From Tubiluchus corallicola (taxonomy: Eukaryota > Animalia > Priapulida): 64,000 nt of DNA. The position numbers and the translations under genes were made by a program. Below, one piece after another: positions 51,191-64,000 of the stretch. The stretch is from the NCBI GenBank assembly GCA_030141605.1, contig JAQGDQ010000041.1, forward strand, positions 558,001 through 622,000. The letters are read 5' to 3'. Positions within the stretch are counted from its first letter, which is position 1; every line of letters starts with the position of its first letter. The notes beneath the pieces were generated by a model. That model was not told where the DNA came from. It did not search any database and saw only the letters and a list, made by a program, of their open reading frames with translations.

Positions 51191-51550
51191 TTAGAAGTGT
51201 TTATTCAAACATTGAGAGGTAATTTGTTGAGATAAGATCAAATGTTTAACCATGTGTGGCGGAAGATGAATTCGCACGCCAAGCTTCGAAGGATATTTGA
51301 TACGGAGAATGTCAGATGCCGCTAGGATCAGTTTCACAACTCTTTCTTGTAACACTTGCACTCTAGATACTACGTGGACTGTTTGTGCTTTGCTAATCAT
51401 GCGTAGAACGTCAAATACCGGAAATATATCGAAAATATCGGTTTTAAAACTATTCGCCAAATGTAACATTTCTTGCAGTGTCAGTGACTCATATAAACAA
51501 TATAATAGGCTCCGTGAAAGTTTAATAGTTGGAAAGAGACAGTCAAAGGT
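51191..51550 (-). mobile_element. Possible decayed hAT transposase C-terminal fragment abutting the gap
   Basis: Open frame TLQEMLHLANSFKTDIFDIFPVFDVLRMISKAQTVHVVSRVQVLQERVVKLILAASDILRIKYPSKLG. It loosely resembles the hATC pattern FP....L..I..T.PVS....ER.FS......LR..L. Similarity judged by eye only. Confidence 0.3.
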
Positions 51551-51568
51551 CTCTCTCTCTCTCTCTCT

Positions 51569-52273
51569 NNNNNNNNNNNNNNNNNNNNNNNNNNNNNNNN
51601 NNNNNNNNNNNNNNNNNNNNNNNNNNNNNNNNNNNNNNNNNNNNNNNNNNNNNNNNNNNNNNNNNNNNNNNNNNNNNNNNNNNNNNNNNNNNNNNNNNNN
51701 NNNNNNNNNNNNNNNNNNNNNNNNNNNNNNNNNNNNNNNNNNNNNNNNNNNNNNNNNNNNNNNNNNNNNNNNNNNNNNNNNNNNNNNNNNNNNNNNNNNN
51801 NNNNNNNNNNNNNNNNNNNNNNNNNNNNNNNNNNNNNNNNNNNNNNNNNNNNNNNNNNNNNNNNNNNNNNNNNNNNNNNNNNNNNNNNNNNNNNNNNNNN
51901 NNNNNNNNNNNNNNNNNNNNNNNNNNNNNNNNNNNNNNNNNNNNNNNNNNNNNNNNNNNNNNNNNNNNNNNNNNNNNNNNNNNNNNNNNNNNNNNNNNNN
52001 NNNNNNNNNNNNNNNNNNNNNNNNNNNNNNNNNNNNNNNNNNNNNNNNNNNNNNNNNNNNNNNNNNNNNNNNNNNNNNNNNNNNNNNNNNNNNNNNNNNN
52101 NNNNNNNNNNNNNNNNNNNNNNNNNNNNNNNNNNNNNNNNNNNNNNNNNNNNNNNNNNNNNNNNNNNNNNNNNNNNNNNNNNNNNNNNNNNNNNNNNNNN
52201 NNNNNNNNNNNNNNNNNNNNNNNNNNNNNNNNNNNNNNNNNNNNNNNNNNNNNNNNNNNNNNNNNNNNNNNNN
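51569..52273. other. Assembly gap (705 N) preceded by a (CT)n run
   Basis: Direct read. The contig breaks in a CT microsatellite at 51550-51568. Confidence 1.
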
Positions 52274-52889
52274 CACCAGTAGTGATCGTTTGATTAAAAC
52301 TGATTACGGAAGTTGTTTCACACGACAAGAAAACCTCACACGGTGCGCCCTCCACCTTTCACTTTCACCTCCTCTAATCCTTCCCATAATCTCTATCAGT
52401 CAACATGTGCTAGTTTTAAAATCCTCTGTGTATTCACGTAGCTGTTCAGTGGCAATGGTTGCCGTTACTTTAACCTCTGAGTGTCAATTGTAAATTTTCT
52501 GTTGTGCATGTGTGGCCGATTTCTTTAAGAAAAAATGTATAGGACCTCCTAGTGTTAACGTAATCATTGCGCATGGAAAACGTCGTTTTTGAATTTGAAG
52601 AGGAGAAAACGGGTACAAAAGTAGGTATTGGCACATAGGTGTTCACAATATCATAAAGTAGATGTGCCCTTTACCACCTACTAATTAAGTAATTATCAGT
52701 TGAATTGCAAAATTATCCTTCCGGTGAATTATATTTTAGTTGTGCATATTAAAAAGCAAGTATCCAAATACTTAACTATAAATCATAAACTTTATTAGGT
52801 GACGCCTGTCATAATCGTCTGATCAAACGACAAGCCGACAAGCTACTTCCGTTGCCCAGGTAGGGCAGTTTGCGCAACGTTAGCCCAGT

Positions 52890-53261
52890 CAGGGCCTATA
52901 TCAGACTAGCGAGGCCCGGGGAAGTGGGGGCATATATGAGGCCCCATCGGGGGTGGGGGTGGTGGCGCTACCATGGTTGGCGCCCAGAAAATTTTTGAAC
53001 TGCTAGAACGCCGGAGAAGCATTTTCGAAGGAGTTATACAGTTGTTAAAGGAAATAACAATTGAAAGAAAGACTGCTTTATTCTCAAGACCAGTCCTTAA
53101 TACTTGTCAATACTGGCAAACGGCGCGCATACGGCAAGAGAGAGAGGGAGAGGAGGCAGTATGTTCGCATAAAGCAAAAAATGTTACCTTGGCGCGAGGC
53201 CCCCCTGGAGGGTGAGGCCCCGGGGAAGTATCCCCACTTCCCCCCCTTGAAATAGGCCCTG
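52890..53261. mobile_element. hAT-type MITE (372 bp) with a perfect 8-bp target-site duplication
   Basis: TIRs CAGGGCCTATATCA / TGAAATAGGCCCTG (13/14). TSD AGCCCAGT at 52882-52889 and 53262-53269. Subterminal GAGGCCC repeats; GC-rich relative to its flanks. Confidence 0.93.
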
Positions 53262-54449
53262 AGCCCAGTTAAATAGTTAATAGGAAAAACTTACTGACAC
53301 ATCGGTTCGCTGAGCTTAACTTTTTGCACTCCTTTGTCTTTTCCTTTCTCTGCATTCCTTTATTGTATTGCAACGGTATAAGTATGGTAAGAGCCCTGGC
53401 AGGCTGCGTTGTCCTGTTGATTTTGACGTGCAACAGCACGAGTTTTCTAGCTGTTCTGACCGTATCATTTAAAAATTTTGTGCATTGTCTATTCACAGCT
53501 ACACTATGTCACTTAAATCTTGTCCTTTGTACTTATTTTGGATACAGATCTTTTTGTTTGTTTGTTGATATGTTTGTAATGTTTATTTGCTGTATTTCAA
53601 CCACTCGTCAGAGTTACAATTGCTTTTAAAAAATATTTTGTGTATATGTGAATCTAAATTTCAAACTTCTTCCTTAAATGTACGCAAACCCAAGACTACA
53701 CCTGCTGAACAATCTGAAATAACACCATGGCGCTTGGCCTAACTCGCTCTGAATTTGTTTTTGAAATGTTTGTTGTGAATAAATCTTGCTGTGAATCGTC
53801 ATGTGTGTTACTGTTAATGTTTATTGTTACAACATTGTGTATCCAACTTTGTGAATGGGTTTTTATTCCACCTGCGAACTAGGGGGAGGGGCGGAAATGT
53901 GTCAATACTCTGCTGTTGGAATATATTCCATACAGACAATATGAAGTAGAGAACTTTTTTACCCCTGATCGACAATTCTAACGGTTGACGACTTTTTGAC
54001 ACCACCCATTTCTTAGAAAATGATATTTTGCTAAATTTTCACAAGTAACCCGTTTTTTATACAGCAGGCACTAACCAAACATCGGGAATGTATTATTTGT
54101 TATTGCTTATCCAGCTGCGTATAAATAATCTAATAAAAATAACTGCAGAAAAAATAACGTAATAATGTAGGTCTGATAAACTGGTGCATTGAAGACAATA
54201 TAAAGTGATTTTTATGCAATAACGCATATCTGGTAAACACTGCGTTATAGTAAAGACTTCTGTGCAATCTAGTCTTGGTGCAACCTCGTGTTCTAATTGG
54301 AGCAACCATAAAATTACAATTAACAGTGTAATTAATTGCGCCTAAATTCGGTCAAAAAATTCAATGGTTTGCAAAATTCTCTCAAGCCTGCTGGTTATGC
54401 AGGCTTTACTTTCTAGATTCTTTAACTTATACATCTAGTAGTTTAATTG

Positions 54450-54710
54450 GTGTGGTTGTTACGTGTTGGTGTCGTCACCATTGTCACTACGACCACTACT
54501 GCTGCTGTTGTTGTTGTTGTTGTTGTTGTTGCGTTGTTGTCGTCTTTGTCGTTGTTATTGCCATCACCGTCATAGTTATTTTTGTTGCTTTTATTCATCT
54601 TATTTTTCTTATTCTTGGTTATTGTTATTGCCTTACATGTTGATTCCCGTCATTGTTTGCATCGTCATCGTTGTCCTTGTTGCTGCCCTCATTGCCATTG
54701 TTGCCGCAAA
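54450..54710. repeat. Degenerate (TGT/TGC/CAT)n trinucleotide tract downstream of Mox
   Basis: Direct read. It produces the poly-C, poly-L and poly-V ORFs in the track. Confidence 0.85.
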
Positions 54711-55161
54711 CATTTGTGGTAATTTTGTATCAGCATTATAACATTTACAGGAAATTGCAAAATAAGGATTAATATTTTAGGAAAACAAGGAATTGCTATT
54801 TGCTTAGCCATGCATTTATTTTTTCTTTTGCCTTGTATGCAGAACGCAGAATCAGTTATAACAGTTTAAAGAGATATAAGTCCTTCTTACAATATTAGCT
54901 TACACAACTCATAGTTAGCATTGATCGTTTCATTGATGGCATTAAAATATTTTCATTTCTCATTTCTAAGGCATGGACCCTGCTATTATTGTAAAAAATA
55001 TGTTTTTACGAAATAGTCTAGATCAGTAACACGGCATTACGGAAGTTTTTACAAAAACATGTTTTCAATATTGGTTATATTAGCGTTCAATAAAAAAAAG
55101 CATTAATTTACAATCATATTCAATGATAAACTAATAAGTTAGAAATAACCAGAAATGTAAT

Positions 55162-61560
<6,399 letters not shown>

Positions 61561-64000
61561 TTTAATGCTTAATTAATTTTTCGATTGTTCCAGACAAGCG
61601 ACGCACAATATAGTTGTTTCCAAAATAAATAGATAAATATTGCTAATAAGAGTAGAGCAACTGTAGTATACTGTACAAACTGCGTTTTAGGTACAGTGCA
61701 GCACAAAGTACAATGTAATCGTTCATGTGTAAGCACATAAATGATTCACTCCTGATCATTTATGTACAATTAAGTACAATTACAATTGTACGGTACAATT
61801 AGGAAACTTAGCAGCTCTCGGATTGAGTCACGTCTAAAGTAGTTTACACTACGCGTTAGATTCACAATTTTATCACTGTAGTTATCACTATAGATCAATT
61901 TTGTCGCTGTAGTTTTTGCTGGGCACTCATTAAAAAGTAGACAAACACAAGAATAACGCACACCATATTGCTGTAACTGCAACAAAGTTTAGATGTTTTT
62001 CGTTTCGTCCACTTATTAAAATAGGGCGAAGAGCTGGAGTCTCGGCATACCCTATAGCAGCTCTCTGGGCGGGGTTAGGTTATTCAACTAGCAGTTGACG
62101 AAGCAGTAACGCCTTTAAGAATCATTGGCCTTTTAGTTTCTTAGATCTTTTCCTGTTGATAGCCTATGCAAAATTTCGAAAAAAACTATTAGGCCGTATT
62201 GCAGCATGGTGTAAAAGTAGTTTTTAACAATTATAGTCTTTTGGCTCTATAATGCGGTGAACTGCTTTATTAATTGAGTTATTCTTGGGCAAACTGTAGC
62301 TTCGTTTTAAATAAGACCAAAAGTCGGAATAAACTAATGAATTAACTAGTCTGTTGATTATCATATAAAACAAATGTTAAAACCAAATGCTTTACTGCAA
62401 AGTACAAGACTGTTTCAAACTGCATTTTCATTTCAGCCTAAATGCTTTCAATAAAGATAATTTCATAAAACGCGGACCTAGATTAGATGCCTTCTGACTG
62501 GCTAATACTAAAGTAAATTAAAGGCAATTTTGTCAATTCGGTAGTACAGAGATTTCCCTCGCATCTCCACATAGTTCAAAATTGGTTTGTTCTAACTGTT
62601 CTGTTAACCAAGTTTTCATTTTTAGGCTATTTGCCTGTGTAGTAACTTTACAGAGCCGTCTGCTTCGCTGTGATGCCGGTCTGGTTCTAATTCATGTAAT
62701 GAGTTTTAGCCAGTTTTATAATGTGACGTTACAATAGAGAGTTACTTCTATTCTAAACTTTTACGATGAAAAGGATTTTATAATAACTATACATGCACAG
62801 TGTTAATTAGCCTAAGCCTAGTCCTACACGGTCACGCGACCGCAATGCATCAATTCGGCCAAATTTTTCAAGTTTAATGTTTATTAGGACAACTTACATA
62901 GGACTAATTCCGAAACTCTGCAAAAAGGATTATAGCATCTCTAGCGGATTTTATTGGAGTAACACAAAAACATTGGAATTATAATAATCCCTTTATAGTA
63001 ATTACAGATAAGACGATTTATATAAGCACTGTTTTTATAATGGTGATATCGGTACCTGTTATACAAGACATAGCACGTACACAGCAGTAGCATGATGACA
63101 ATAGTTTGTCATTACTACAAGGTATATGATATATATCTTATATTACAGTCGGCGTATTTGTTAAGTGTACAAAACGGTGACATATTCCAGCCGTTGCAGC
63201 TGTTGGAGAAAAACCGAAATAAAACAGACCTCTTCACATGCCGTGTAAACATCAAAACTGCCTTGCAGTACAAATTACGTACTTTCCTGAGATAAGATGG
63301 AAAATTCCTAGAGTTTCTGGTTTACACAGAATAACCTACAACATTTCAAGGTTTTCGTAATACTTGGATTTTTTATTTTTAAAAGGCGTCAGTGTGTCTA
63401 GAAACTCGAGAGCTCTGGTTTCAGAAGCCACGCCCAAAACGTCTGTAAAGTTTCAACGCAGCTTTTTCGTTTGATGCATGCATGAAGAAAAATCGCGTCA
63501 GCGCAAGAAGTTTAAAGCAATGTTTATAATAAGGAAAAATATCGCAAAATAGTTGCCATCATAATAAAGATACTTTTTTGTATTAGACGTGGTTGTTAAT
63601 TATTATTACATGTGTGACAGCAAAAAGTATTATTATTGAATTAATACAGAAGCTAGTGTAATTTTAGATCAGAAAACGATGTTATTTAGCGTGTTTCTTG
63701 TTTAACGTGACTTTTCTTTTTATCAATACTTTTTATTCATTTATTTAGGATTATTTTGCGGAGACATCGAACAAGAATCAGAAGATATTATGCGGTCCGC
63801 CAATAAGGCTGCATTATTTTCTATTTTTAATGGCGCAAGGTTGATTTTCGTGGTAAACAGTATGAAAGGTGCTCAAGATGTGTTTATATTTGGAGTTAAA
63901 AAAATTTGATCAAAGAGTCTCACACTATCATTTTTAATACCGTATTAATGAAAATTCAAAGAAACTGGATTTTGGCAAAGAGCTGCAGCAAAATTAAGTC

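Noticed and set aside
51191-52493. The longest ORFs in the track (254-398 aa)
   Set aside because: Their length comes from reading through 705 Ns.
54385-54416. Hairpin AAGCCTGC...GCAGGCTT followed by CTAG, like a Helitron 3' end
   Set aside because: The CTAG is followed by A rather than T, and no 5' TC end or second copy is visible.

Overview
This is AT-rich eukaryotic DNA from an invertebrate animal, with spliceosomal introns, microsatellites and one 705-nt assembly gap. The Mox residues flanking the homeodomain look lophotrochozoan-like, but that is inference only. Manual splicing recovers four genes. (1) The 5' end of a ZEB/zfh1 gene on the minus strand (exon MAENGLRCTRRKQANPRRKN at 8106-8046), running off the left edge. 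(2) A complete 7-exon LHPP (12026-18448, +, 278 aa). (3) A complete 32-exon TRPM2-type channel with a C-terminal NUDT9-homology domain (20158-47624, +, 1550 aa). (4) A complete 4-exon Mox/Meox homeobox gene (61560-55162, -, 301 aa). Introns and intergenic DNA hold hAT, Kolobok-like and Tc1/mariner-like MITEs and decayed LINE fragments. The most notable observation is that the TRPM2 keeps an invertebrate-type pore ([10 protein letters not shown]) and intact Ca2+ and N-terminal nucleotide-binding motifs, while its Nudix box (RDFFEK instead of REFxEE, plus a 1-residue insertion) and AGDDA loop (AGKET) are degenerate. This suggests ADPRase loss independent of vertebrates. No prokaryotic system, CRISPR array or structured RNA gene could be supported. 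All coordinates and alignments were done by eye; no database search was run.
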